Source of the DNA: an uncultured bacterium
GTDB taxonomy: Bacteria; Acidobacteriota; Thermoanaerobaculia; Multivoradales; JAHZIX01
Length of the DNA stretch: 64,000 bases
Direction: 5' to 3'
Assembly (NCBI GenBank): GCA_965368975.1
Contig: CBDUPA010000008.1
Coordinates: 128,001-192,000 of the forward strand
This document shows positions 1-9,456 of this stretch, piece by piece. The notes beneath the pieces are model-generated. The model was not told the origin of the DNA. It did not search any database and worked only from the letters and a program-made list of their open reading frames with translations. Each line of letters begins with the position of its first letter. The first letter of the stretch is position 1. Made by a program: the position numbers and the translations under genes.

Positions 1-459
1 CCCAGCCAGCGGTTGGTGACGCCGATGCTGCTGGAGCTGGCGCCGGCCGAGCACCTGCGCCTAGCCGAGCTGGCACCGCGGCTGCACGAGTGTGGCTTCG
101 CGCTCGAACCGCTGTCCGGCAACACGCTGGGCCTGCAGGGGATCCCGGCGGTGCTGTCGCAGGACGATGCCGAGCGTCTTTTGCTCAAGCTGGCGGCGAC
201 CGAGAGTGGTAACGCCGGAGATGGCGAGGGGGGCGAGGATTCGGTGGCTGCGTTGCGGCTGCACATTCTTGACGCTCTGGCGGCCAGCCTGTCGTGCCGT
301 AATGCGGTCAAGATGCACCATCCGCTGCGCGCGCAGGAGATGGAAGTCCTGGTAGCGGAACTCTTCGCTGCCGAAAACCCCTTTGCCTGCCCGCACGGAC
401 GCCCGATCGTCCTGCAGATGACCGACAGCGACCTGGAGCGCCGCTTTGGGCGACGGTAG
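1..459 (+). CDS. mutL: DNA mismatch repair endonuclease MutL, C-terminal part (5' truncated by window)
   Basis: Frame open from base 1; C-terminal SCRNAVK...CPHGRP...LERRFGR motifs of the MutL endonuclease domain. Confidence 0.93.
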   Translation, partial: PSQRLVTPMLLELAPAEHLRLAELAPRLHECGFALEPLSGNTLGLQGIPAVLSQDDAERLLLKLAATESGNAGDGEGGEDSVAALRLHILDALAASLSCRNAVKMHHPLRAQEMEVLVAELFAAENPFACPHGRPIVLQMTDSDLERRFGRR

Positions 460-1474
460 CGCCCCTGTACGCGGTACCCAGTCTGTGCGTAGGACCCTGG
501 ATCGGGGGAACTACGTGCATCGAGACTTGGGGTCGCTCGGTACCGAGTCGTGGGGCGCTGAGACGGTTGGCTTCGAGGTTGCGGGGATCCCGTTCCGCCT
601 GCGTGGTCTGAACGCCTTTCAGGCCGGCTGGTTGCGACAGTGCTACCCGGAGGTGGACGCGGCGAGCGATGCCGTTGAGATCTGGTGTCGACGGGCCTCG
701 CCGGATCTGTTCGCCAGTGACTTCGAGCCGGGGCATGCCTTCGATCTGGAGCTGACGCCGACGACCGGAGCGCTGTGGCTCGATGGGCCGCGCTTCCGAG
801 CGTGCCTGCCGATCGTTGCCGCGACCAGCGCCGAGGACGAGATCGGGCGGCCGGAGTTGTGGACTCCCGAAGGGGAAGGGGCGTGGCTGGAGGGGGTCTT
901 CGCCAACCTGCTGCGCGTCGGTCTGGCGGTGACCGCGGTACCGCGAGGTGCCGTCCTGCTGCACAGCACGGGCTTCTTGCTCGAGGAGCCCGGCTCGTCG
1001 GGTGTCGGAAAGAGCCGCGCCATCCTCGGCTTCGGTCCCTCGGGTACCGGCAAGTCGACGCTGGGGCGTCACGCACTGGCCGCTGGTGTGCGCGTGCTCA
1101 GCGACGATCTCAACCTGATCCATGCTGGTGGGCAAGGGTATCGAGCGGGGTATCGAGCCCATGCGGTGCCGTACGCCGGTGAGTTGGGAAGCGAGCAGGG
1201 CTACGAGTTCGCCGCCGGTGGCTGGCCGCTGGCGGCCGTGGTGCGCTTGCGTCAAGGGTCCGAGGTTCACTTGCGCCGGCTGCCATCGCGTGCCGCGGCA
1301 CTGGCCAACCTGTTAGCTTCGGCCCCCTTCGTCAATGTCGACGAGCAGTTACGCCCGCGGCTCGAAGACAACTTGGAACGGCTGCTGGCGTCCACGCCGG
1401 CACTTGAGCTGACGCTGCCGCGCGACGCAGACTTCCAGTACATCCGCCGCTGCCTGATGCAGGAGCTGGCCTGA
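446..1474 (+). CDS. HPr kinase-like P-loop protein (RiPP-cassette-associated kinase, ScmC-like)
   Basis: LLHS motif, Walker A GPSGTGKST, LSDD motif; stop overlaps the start of the PqqD gene; start codon uncertain. Confidence 0.75.
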   Translation: MGDGSAPVRGTQSVRRTLDRGNYVHRDLGSLGTESWGAETVGFEVAGIPFRLRGLNAFQAGWLRQCYPEVDAASDAVEIWCRRASPDLFASDFEPGHAFDLELTPTTGALWLDGPRFRACLPIVAATSAEDEIGRPELWTPEGEGAWLEGVFANLLRVGLAVTAVPRGAVLLHSTGFLLEEPGSSGVGKSRAILGFGPSGTGKSTLGRHALAAGVRVLSDDLNLIHAGGQGYRAGYRAHAVPYAGELGSEQGYEFAAGGWPLAAVVRLRQGSEVHLRRLPSRAAALANLLASAPFVNVDEQLRPRLEDNLERLLASTPALELTLPRDADFQYIRRCLMQELA

Positions 1475-1764
1475 TGCAGGAGCAGGTACCCATGATCGAT
1501 CTACAGAGAGCCTACCGCCGTGCTGCCGATGTGCGGCAGCGGACCATCGATACCGAGGCCGTCGTGGTGCGTCAGCAAGCCGCCGAAGTGGTGGTACTGA
1601 ACGAAGTCGGTGGTCGCATTCTGGAGCTGCTGGATGGCCAGCGGACGCTGGCCGAAGTGGTCGACGTGCTGGTGGTGGAGTTCGAGGTCGAGCGGGCGGT
1701 GCTGGAAGCAGACGCGGTGGCGTTCGTGGGGGAGGTCGTGGAGGCGGGAGTGGTTGAGGAGTAG
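1474..1764 (+). CDS. PqqD family RiPP recognition element (RRE) protein
   Basis: 96 aa; LNEVGGRILELLDGQRTLAEVVDVL...FEV...DA..F..E..EAG is the PqqD pattern. Confidence 0.9.
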   Translation: MQEQVPMIDLQRAYRRAADVRQRTIDTEAVVVRQQAAEVVVLNEVGGRILELLDGQRTLAEVVDVLVVEFEVERAVLEADAVAFVGEVVEAGVVEE

Positions 1765-1768
1765 GGGC

Positions 1769-2872
1769 CTACCGCACCACGGGTAGCAAGGCCCGCTTCG
1801 GCTCCTCGGCCTCGATTGCCTTGAGCGCTGCCACCTGCTCGCGTGCCGAGTCGTAGACGCTCAACGGATCGCCGCTGTGGACGTCGGCGAGGCCGGGGCA
1901 GAAGTCCATCAGGTGGCCGTCGCCGCCCTCGGCGTCGACCATCTTCTTGGCCTCGGCGGTGATCTGGCGTACACGGCGTAGCTCCATCGACTGACGCCAG
2001 ATCTCGCCGATGGACGTCTCGTGCAGGTTGCCCACAGGTCGGCGCCACTGCACGCAGGGTAGGACGTTGCCGTACGGGTCGATGGTGACTCCCGACGAGC
2101 CGGCGCCGCAGTTCTTGTCGACATCCAGGCGCGGGGCTGCCTCGTCCGCTGGGTGTCCGACTTCGACGTTGCCGCCCTCGCTCTGGTTGGCGCCGCGCCG
2201 GCTGAGCACGCGGAACAGCTCGAGCTTGGCCTGGGTGTCCGTGGCGATCGACAGCGGTTCCTTGTCGCCGTCGTCGCGCGGAGACACCGTCGGATTGATG
2301 CCCATGTTGACGCCCAACTCGTCGGCGATCTCCAGCATGCCGGCGACCTCGTCCTGATTCCACCGTGTCATGGTGCAGTTCAGCTTGAGGCGCAGCCCCA
2401 GACTCTTCAGCTCACGCAGGTTGTTCAGCAGGCGGTCGAAGGAGCCGGTGACGCGAGTCTGGCGGTCGTGCGTCTCGGCGCTGGCACCGTGCAGGGAGAT
2501 GTCGACCACGAACGGATCGACTTCGTCTCGCAGGCGGCGGGCGAGGGGGCCGCGCAGCGCGTGACCGTTCGTCTTGATGCGCACCACGAAGCCGCGTTCG
2601 CGGGCGTGCGCGCCGATGCGGAAGAAGTCGGGGTGAGCCAGTGGCTCGCCGCCCGACAGGATCAGGTTCATGGCCTGCATGTCGGCCAGCTCATCGAGCA
2701 AGTCCAGGTACTGCTCGGTCGACAGCGGCTTGCCTTCTAGGCCAAGGTCGTTGTAGCAGAAGTAGCAGTCCAGATTGCACTTGTAGGTGAGTTCAAGGAG
2801 CACCGCGAACAGGGTGTTCTGGCGCCAGGTCTTGAAAATGATGTCCTTGAAAGTGCGCGGCGGAGCGGTCAT
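1769..2872 (-). CDS. Radical SAM / SPASM(Twitch)-domain peptide maturase
   Basis: ELTYKCNLDCYFC (CxxxCxxC), SGGEPL, KTNG, ISLHG, CGAG..IDPYGNVLPC; ATG at 2872 preferred (GTG at 2902 is an alternative). Confidence 0.92.
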   Translation of the reverse strand: MTAPPRTFKDIIFKTWRQNTLFAVLLELTYKCNLDCYFCYNDLGLEGKPLSTEQYLDLLDELADMQAMNLILSGGEPLAHPDFFRIGAHARERGFVVRIKTNGHALRGPLARRLRDEVDPFVVDISLHGASAETHDRQTRVTGSFDRLLNNLRELKSLGLRLKLNCTMTRWNQDEVAGMLEIADELGVNMGINPTVSPRDDGDKEPLSIATDTQAKLELFRVLSRRGANQSEGGNVEVGHPADEAAPRLDVDKNCGAGSSGVTIDPYGNVLPCVQWRRPVGNLHETSIGEIWRQSMELRRVRQITAEAKKMVDAEGGDGHLMDFCPGLADVHSGDPLSVYDSAREQVAALKAIEAEEPKRALLPVVR

Positions 2873-3128
2873 CTCTTCGCCTAGGAACTCGGGTTGGAGC
2901 ACAGGACCAAGTCCGGCTTGCCTGGCGGCTGGGGGACGCAGGCGGCGGCGATGGCCTCCAGCGGTTCGCGGAAGAGAATGCGGGGTGCCTGGTAACGGCG
3001 CCGGCTGGTATCCCCGGCGTTCTGCTGCTGATCAGATCGTCGAATCGACATGGCAAGTAGAGTCCTCAGCTGTTTCGTTCAAGTCATGGCAAGTCATCAT
3101 CAAATCGGAGCTCTTGTCGGTCGGGTTC

Positions 3129-6100
3129 TCACGGCCACAGAAGGGCCGGGTCTCCCAACAGACCGTAGATGCTGCGCGTCGGCGACGCGGCATCGCCGGT
3201 GGCATGTCGGCGCCAGCCCTCGGTCAGGCGGTCGCCCAGGCGCGGTGCCGGCACTGGGGTGCCGTCGCCGGTCAGGACCGGTTCCTCGAACAGCGCGTCG
3301 AAGACCTGACCCCCGAGCGCCACGGCCGGCGTGTTGAAGGACAGGCCGGTCGGGCCCCAAACTGCGATTGCGCCGCCGGTCGGCAACAGCACCAGTTCCT
3401 CACCCAGGGCGGTAAAGCCGGGGAAAGCGAACATACCGATGTTGCAGGTCATGGCGGTGACCAGGGGCGGTCGCTCGGCACGAGCCAGCGATGGCACGTC
3501 GGAGCTGGTCAGCAGGCCGTAACCCGACAGACGGTCGAAGCCTCCGTGACCGACATAGCCCAGCAGTCGGGCGCCATCGGCTAGTTCTTGCAGCAGCTGG
3601 GCGCGCACGGCATTGGCGTTCGACGTCGTCGGCGTTGCCAGGCGTAGGTTCGTGCCGGTGTCCGGCAAGCGGGCCGCCAAGGCGTCCGCGTCGGTGGTGA
3701 AATCACCGCCGCCGTCCGGCACATCGCTGAGGATCAGCGAGCGGTCCAGCCAGGGGGTATCGCTCGCTTGGTCCGCGACACGCTGTTCGTAGTCGGCGAT
3801 CTTGTCTACCAGTGCCTGCAGTTCAGCGTTGTCGACCACCGGCAGGCGACCGAGGGCCAGATTCGGTATGCCGTCACCGTCGATGTCGCCGAGCAGGCTG
3901 TCAGCGGCCGCCAGGCTGGTGCCGAAGGGGCTATTGATCCCCGGGCCTGCCGCCATGAACGGCGGGATGAGGTTGCCGCCAAGCTGCAGGAGGTCGCGGT
4001 AGTCGTAGCTACCCTTGCCAGCCAGGACAGCATAGCGCGGCGCGGCTTGCCAGGTCTCGTAGGCAACTTGGAAGAAGGTCCGCAAGGCCTGTGGCTGACG
4101 GCGGCCGTGGCCGAACGCGTCGTAGATCGCTTGCGGCTCGATCACCAGTGTGCTCAGGCCGCCAGCACGACGCAGTTCGGCCAGGGCCTGGGCAGCGTCG
4201 TGCAGCATCGCGGGCGCGATCACGACGTAGTCCGCGACTGTCGAGGTGTCCAGCAAGGCCGCGGCTGCTTCGTGCCGCGGGCGCAGCGCAACCGCTTGCC
4301 GCTCGCTGGTCACCAGGTAGGACACGTCCGCACCAGAAGGCCGGAAGCTGACGTTCCAGGTGCCGGTGCCGTCGGCTTCGACGGTCAGGGCCTGCAGGCG
4401 CCGCGGTGTTGTTGGTGAACTCAGTTCCCACACTGCGATGTTGGCGCTCGGCAAGCCTTCGACGGTGACCACCGCTCGCTCCCCAGCGGTCAGGTGCAGG
4501 GTGCCGGTCGAGGCGCGGAAGGCGCGGTCGTAATGCAGGTCAAAGCCATCGATCAGGAAATTGCCGACGAGGCCTTCGACGACGAGGCGGTTGGCGTCGT
4601 TGCGCAGCGCGCCGCGTCCGAACTCGACGTCGAGCGTCGCGGCTCCGAGGTCATTCCAGGCGACGGTGCCGAGGTCGATTCCGTTGAGCCAGATCCTGGC
4701 CTGGTGGTCGGGGCTTTGGGGAGTGTCGCTCAGGCCCCAGAAGCGCAGACTCAGGCGGTTGTCGGTCGACAGGCGGGCCTCGCCGTCCGGGGCCAGGCTG
4801 AAGTCCAGGCGGCGGTTGCCGAAGCTGGGGTGCCCGCTCAGCACACCGTCCCAGAACCAGTAGTCGGCGCTCGGATCGTTGGTGACCAGGGGGCGTCCCA
4901 GGACTTCCTGCTCGAAGCTCTGGCTGGCACGGAAGGTACCGCCCGGCGTGGCCGTCGGGCCGCCGGTCAGCTCGCCACGGACGGTCTTGACGCGTGCCGC
5001 CGTGTGCGGTCCATCGGCGACGCTCAGGCGATAGACGTCGAAGCGACTGTAGGTGCGGGCGGCTTCCGGCAGCGCTGATGCGTAGAATTCGATCGCCGAG
5101 CCGTCGTCGGTCAGGCGCCAAGCGATCGGTTCGCCATCGCGGCTGAGCTGCCAGCGGCCGCCGTTGGCCAGCGCCTGGGCCAGTGCTGGACGCAAGCCGG
5201 TCGCTGCCGCCAGATCCGTCACGCTGACGCGTACCAGGCCGCCTTCGAGAGGTTGCCCGGCCTCGGTCAGACGCTCGATGTCGAGAAAGGCGACGGCCTG
5301 TGCGAAGTTGGGGCTGGCCTTGCCGAAGCCCTGGCTGGCGGAGCGAACCGGCAGCAGGCTCTGTGCCACGTCGGCGCTGCTGGTTCGCGTGCGCTGCTGG
5401 CGCAGGCTGTCAGCCAGACGGTGCTGTTGGCGCGTCGATGGGGCGATCGGCTGACCACTGAAAGCGCCCCGTGGGGCGTCGCTCTCGGCGCGCAGGCCAC
5501 CAGCCTCGACACTGACCCGCTCGACGCTGACCCGGAAGTCACGCTGCGGTCCGCGCAGGCCGCTCATCTCGACCTCGGTGATGCGGTATTGCAGCTCGTC
5601 GGTATCCGTGGGAGCGCCGGCATCGACGAAGCGGTAGTTACCGCCAGGTAGGTGCTGCGTCGCCGGCAGCACGCCGCGATGCAGGGCGATGTACTCACCG
5701 CGCTCGGCATCCCAGCGCTGTAGCTCGAAACCCAACGAATCGGCCTCGGAGGCGGTCTGCCAGCGCACCTCGACACCGCCCTTGGCCCGCCGCTGCGCCT
5801 GCAAATCGGCGATAGTCGCGTGGGTGGCGCTGACCGTGATGCTGCAGTTGGTGGTCAACGCCGACTGGGTCACCGAGGGGCTGAAGGTCGAGACGTTTGA
5901 CCACTCGGATGTGGTGGTCAGCGTGATGGTGCCGTCCGGCGCCGTGTTGCTGACCGTGTAGTCGAAGCTGACGCTTGCCGTCTCACCCTGTCCGATGATG
6001 CCCGCGGTGGCCTCAGGCTGACTGGCCGGTGTCCACACCAGGGGGCCCGTGCCACTGGTGGAGCCCGTGCCGGCCGTGATGTTGCCGAACGAACCACCAG

Positions 6101-7055
6101 CACTACCATCGGCGGTGGAGAAGCGGAGGTAGCTGGCGGCAGCGCACTGGAAGCGCTCGGCAGTGAGTGGGTCCGGCGTACAAGTGCGGCTATTGTTGTA
6201 GGTGACGCTGCAGCTCACCGGGAACCCCGGCCGTACCGTCGTCGGGGCCGTGCAACTGCACGACAGGCTCAGCTCGGGCGCCGGCACATTGGTGTTGACG
6301 TCCTCGCAGCGGCACTTGGACTTGGTGCCGGGGATCGCTTCGAGATCTGAGTTGCACTGTCCGGCCGGGGCGACGGTAGACACTTGGTTGTTCTGGTTGC
6401 CCCAGGTGGCACACACCGGGATGTTGACGAAACCATCCGGTGTGACGATCGGTTCCTCGCGGCACGGGAACGTCACCGGTGCGTTGAGCACCACCTGTGC
6501 CGGGTCGCGCAAGCCGTCCATGTCGAGGTCACAGCCGCCTATCGTTCCTTGGTTGATCAGGTCGCCGCAGCCGTCGCCTTCGTCATTGTAGTAAGGGCCG
6601 TCTCCACCGCCGAGATTGAGTGGTGGGCAAGCTGTCGTACCCACGGTGCCGAGCGGAGACAGAATCTCGCGAGCACAGGTCCCGGTCAGACCGCCGTCAC
6701 CATTGGGATCACCGTCCTTGGCGAAATACAACCCTACGTCATACCGAGTCTTGGCCGTCGTGTTGGTGACGTCGGTGCGCAGGAAGATGGTGATCGTATC
6801 GCTGGCGTTGACGCAGCCATCATCCTGTACGCCGAGACCGACCACCACGAAGGTGAGGTCATTCGCGGTGCAATTGTTGCTCAAGCCGCTGACGTCGTTG
6901 ACGCAACTGGCAGTCGGTACTGCCGGATCGATCAGAGCTGCTAGTGGCGATGCGCAGACGAGTGCCACAATGCTGAGTGTGGCGGCGAGAGTCGCGCAGA
7001 GCTGTCTATGGGCGTAGAGGCTGCTGGATACACTTCGGGCAGTGAGATGGTGCAT
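3129..7055 (-). CDS. Secreted C25 (gingipain-family) cysteine peptidase with Cys-rich N-terminal domain
   Basis: Signal peptide; DYVVIAP, IYDAFG, YAVLAGKGSYDY, LGRLPV, YVGHGG (His) and MTCNIG (Cys), C-terminal LLGDPAL. Confidence 0.88.
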   Translation of the reverse strand: MHHLTARSVSSSLYAHRQLCATLAATLSIVALVCASPLAALIDPAVPTASCVNDVSGLSNNCTANDLTFVVVGLGVQDDGCVNASDTITIFLRTDVTNTTAKTRYDVGLYFAKDGDPNGDGGLTGTCAREILSPLGTVGTTACPPLNLGGGDGPYYNDEGDGCGDLINQGTIGGCDLDMDGLRDPAQVVLNAPVTFPCREEPIVTPDGFVNIPVCATWGNQNNQVSTVAPAGQCNSDLEAIPGTKSKCRCEDVNTNVPAPELSLSCSCTAPTTVRPGFPVSCSVTYNNSRTCTPDPLTAERFQCAAASYLRFSTADGSAGGSFGNITAGTGSTSGTGPLVWTPASQPEATAGIIGQGETASVSFDYTVSNTAPDGTITLTTTSEWSNVSTFSPSVTQSALTTNCSITVSATHATIADLQAQRRAKGGVEVRWQTASEADSLGFELQRWDAERGEYIALHRGVLPATQHLPGGNYRFVDAGAPTDTDELQYRITEVEMSGLRGPQRDFRVSVERVSVEAGGLRAESDAPRGAFSGQPIAPSTRQQHRLADSLRQQRTRTSSADVAQSLLPVRSASQGFGKASPNFAQAVAFLDIERLTEAGQPLEGGLVRVSVTDLAAATGLRPALAQALANGGRWQLSRDGEPIAWRLTDDGSAIEFYASALPEAARTYSRFDVYRLSVADGPHTAARVKTVRGELTGGPTATPGGTFRASQSFEQEVLGRPLVTNDPSADYWFWDGVLSGHPSFGNRRLDFSLAPDGEARLSTDNRLSLRFWGLSDTPQSPDHQARIWLNGIDLGTVAWNDLGAATLDVEFGRGALRNDANRLVVEGLVGNFLIDGFDLHYDRAFRASTGTLHLTAGERAVVTVEGLPSANIAVWELSSPTTPRRLQALTVEADGTGTWNVSFRPSGADVSYLVTSERQAVALRPRHEAAAALLDTSTVADYVVIAPAMLHDAAQALAELRRAGGLSTLVIEPQAIYDAFGHGRRQPQALRTFFQVAYETWQAAPRYAVLAGKGSYDYRDLLQLGGNLIPPFMAAGPGINSPFGTSLAAADSLLGDIDGDGIPNLALGRLPVVDNAELQALVDKIADYEQRVADQASDTPWLDRSLILSDVPDGGGDFTTDADALAARLPDTGTNLRLATPTTSNANAVRAQLLQELADGARLLGYVGHGGFDRLSGYGLLTSSDVPSLARAERPPLVTAMTCNIGMFAFPGFTALGEELVLLPTGGAIAVWGPTGLSFNTPAVALGGQVFDALFEEPVLTGDGTPVPAPRLGDRLTEGWRRHATGDAASPTRSIYGLLGDPALLWP

Positions 7056-7071
7056 GAGTACCTCGGAAAAC

Positions 7072-7168
7072 CTGCTTAGTGAAGCTAGAAGATCTGCTTA
7101 GCGAAGCGCTAATATAGATCGCATTAAATATGTATCGAGCGGTACTCGTTCAAGTACGCTCAATACAT
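7072..7168. promoter_or_regulatory. AT-rich divergent promoter region with direct and inverted repeats
   Basis: CTGCTTAGYGAAGC at 7072 and 7094 (22-bp period); imperfect inverted repeat ATGTATCGAGCGGTAC/GTACGCTCAATACAT at 7130-7168. Confidence 0.45.
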
Positions 7169-7290
7169 GATCGATTAGTATAACACGGCTACCTTCTTTC
7201 GCCATGACGCCCCCTTTTTGCCGCACCGAGCCGTAGATGCACGCCGAGATGGATCGCGGCTATGGGGAGTTCTCAGTGTAGGATCGAGCA

Positions 7291-8085
7291 ATGCGATTGC
7301 TGCGTAAGGCGACCACTCTCGAGACCGCTCTCGGCTATCGTTTCCGGCGTCCGGAACTGCTGGAAGCGGCCCTGACGCACAGCTCCTACGCCAACGAGCG
7401 AGGCCTCGAACAACACTACGAACGCCTCGAGTTTCTCGGCGATGCGGTGCTCGGGCTGGTGTCCGCGGAGTGGTTGTTCCAGAAGTTCCCGCGCCGTCCC
7501 GAGGGCGGCTTGTCGAAGGTACGCAGCCACCTGGTGAGCGCCCGTTCCTTGGCTCGGTACGCGCGCGAGGTACGGCTCGGTGACGCTCTGCGTCTGGGCG
7601 TGGGAGAAGAGCGGTCGGGAGGTCGCAACAAGCGCTCGCTGTTGGCGGACGCGATGGAAGCCGTCTTCGGCGCGGCGTACCTCGACGGCGGCGTCAGTGC
7701 CAGCCGGACCATCATCGTGCCCATGTTGGAGCGTGTCCTGCCGCAGTTTGGAGGTGGTAGCACGCCACCCGAAGACTCGAAGACGCGACTGCAAGAACTG
7801 CTGCAGGCGGACGGTGACGAGCCTCCGAGCTACCGCATCATCGACGAGATCGGTCCCGACCACGAGAAGTACTTCGTCGCCGAGTGTTGCCCGGAGCCGC
7901 GCCGCGGTCGCGGTCGTCTGGGGCGGGGTCAGGGACGCAGTAAGAAGCAGGCCGAGCAGGCCGCGGCTGCCGACGCGCTCCGGCGCCTGGAAGCCGAGCG
8001 CCCGCAGGTCGCCGAGTCCGACGAGACGCTGGAGCTTGCGGACACGACCAAGATGCCCTTGACCCCACCTGCGACCGGCTCGTAA
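7291..8085 (+). CDS. rnc: Ribonuclease III
   Basis: ALTHSS, ERLEFLGDAVL signature, ADAMEAVFGA, dsRBD with GRSKKQAEQAAA. Confidence 0.97.
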   Translation: MRLLRKATTLETALGYRFRRPELLEAALTHSSYANERGLEQHYERLEFLGDAVLGLVSAEWLFQKFPRRPEGGLSKVRSHLVSARSLARYAREVRLGDALRLGVGEERSGGRNKRSLLADAMEAVFGAAYLDGGVSASRTIIVPMLERVLPQFGGGSTPPEDSKTRLQELLQADGDEPPSYRIIDEIGPDHEKYFVAECCPEPRRGRGRLGRGQGRSKKQAEQAAAADALRRLEAERPQVAESDETLELADTTKMPLTPPATGS

Positions 8086-8097
8086 GCTCGCCCGATC

Positions 8098-9402
8098 ATG
8101 AGCGAAACCCCGACTGCGACCACTGTCTCTCACCTCAAAGATCACATCGGCCAGGAAGTGCTGCTGCATGGCTGGATCGACAAGAAGCGTTCCAGCGGCA
8201 AGATCGCCTTCCTGGAGTTTCGCGACGGCAGCGCCATCGTGCAGGCGGTGGCCAGCCGCAAGCAACTGCCGGAAGAGCAGTGGGAGACGATTCAATCGCT
8301 CACACTGCAGTCCAGCGTTCGCCTGCAGGGCCAGGTCAAGCAAGACGATCGCGCGCCCGGCGGTGTCGAATTGCAGCTGACCGACTTCGAGCTGTTGCAC
8401 CTGTCGGAGGAGTTCCCGATCACGCCCAAGGAGCACGGCACCGGCTTCCTGATGGAGAACCGCCACCTGTGGCTGCGCTCGCGCCGTCAGTGGGCAACCC
8501 TGCGTATTCGTAGCGAACTGGAGCAAGGCATCCGCGACTTCTTCTATGATCGCGACTTCACCCTCATCGACTCGCCGATTCTCACTCCCGCCGCCTGCGA
8601 AGGCACCTCGACGCTGTTCGAAACCGACTACTTCGGCGACAAGGCCTATCTGAGCCAGAGTGGCCAGCTCTACCTGGAGCCGGCGGCAGCGTCTCTGGGT
8701 AAGGTCTACTGCTTCGGGCCGACCTTCCGCGCCGAGAAATCCAAGACACGGCGTCACCTGATGGAATTCTGGATGGTCGAGCCCGAGGTCGCCTTCCTGG
8801 AGTTCGAGGGCCTGTGCCAGTTGTCCGAAGAGTTCCTGGTCTACCTGGTCGGCCGTGTGCTCGATCGGCGGGCCGAAGAGCTCAAGATCCTGGAGCGTGA
8901 CGTCAGCCGCCTGGAAGCGGTGCAAGGCCCCTTCCCACGCATCACCTACACGAGAGCGGTCGAGATCCTCAACGAACAAGGCAAGACGTTCGAGTGGGGC
9001 AACGACTTCGGCGCCGAAGACGAAACGATCCTGGCCGAGCAGTATGACCGTCCGTTGATGGTCAGCCACTACCCGGCGTCGTTCAAGGCCTTCTACATGC
9101 AGCCGGCGCCGGACGACGACAAGGTCGTGCTCGGCCTCGACATCCTGGCGCCCGAAGGCTACGGCGAGATCATCGGTGGCAGTCAACGCATCCACGATCA
9201 CGATCTGCTACTCAGCCGCATCGAGCACCACGGCTTGCCGCGCGAGGCGTTCCAGTGGTACCTCGACGTGCGCCGCTTCGGAAGTTTCCCGCACAGCGGT
9301 TTTGGCATGGGCATCGAGCGCGTCGTCGCCTGGTTGTGCGGCCACAACCACCTGCGCGAGACCATCCCGTATCCGCGCATGCTGTACAAGATCTATCCGT
9401 GA
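8098..9402 (+). CDS. asnS: Asparagine--tRNA ligase
   Basis: OB fold, NRHLWLRS, LSQSGQLY, FRAEKSKTRRHLMEFWMVEPE, GEIIGGSQR, GFGMGIER. Confidence 0.97.
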   Translation: MSETPTATTVSHLKDHIGQEVLLHGWIDKKRSSGKIAFLEFRDGSAIVQAVASRKQLPEEQWETIQSLTLQSSVRLQGQVKQDDRAPGGVELQLTDFELLHLSEEFPITPKEHGTGFLMENRHLWLRSRRQWATLRIRSELEQGIRDFFYDRDFTLIDSPILTPAACEGTSTLFETDYFGDKAYLSQSGQLYLEPAAASLGKVYCFGPTFRAEKSKTRRHLMEFWMVEPEVAFLEFEGLCQLSEEFLVYLVGRVLDRRAEELKILERDVSRLEAVQGPFPRITYTRAVEILNEQGKTFEWGNDFGAEDETILAEQYDRPLMVSHYPASFKAFYMQPAPDDDKVVLGLDILAPEGYGEIIGGSQRIHDHDLLLSRIEHHGLPREAFQWYLDVRRFGSFPHSGFGMGIERVVAWLCGHNHLRETIPYPRMLYKIYP

Positions 9403-9456
9403 GGATTCGCCCGCAATACCCACCAATCATGACACGGCCCCAAACCTACAGAGGAC

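Noticed and set aside
446-2902. PQQ cofactor biosynthesis (pqqD/pqqE-like genes plus PQQ-like propellers elsewhere)
   Set aside because: No pqqA, pqqB or pqqC. PqqD and rSAM-SPASM are generic RiPP components, and the propellers are BamB-like without dehydrogenase motifs
7273-9201. 642-aa minus-strand ORF and many other long overlapping ORFs in the track
   Set aside because: Antisense or alternate-frame shadows of clear genes (here rnc/asnS), typical of high-GC DNA, with no motifs
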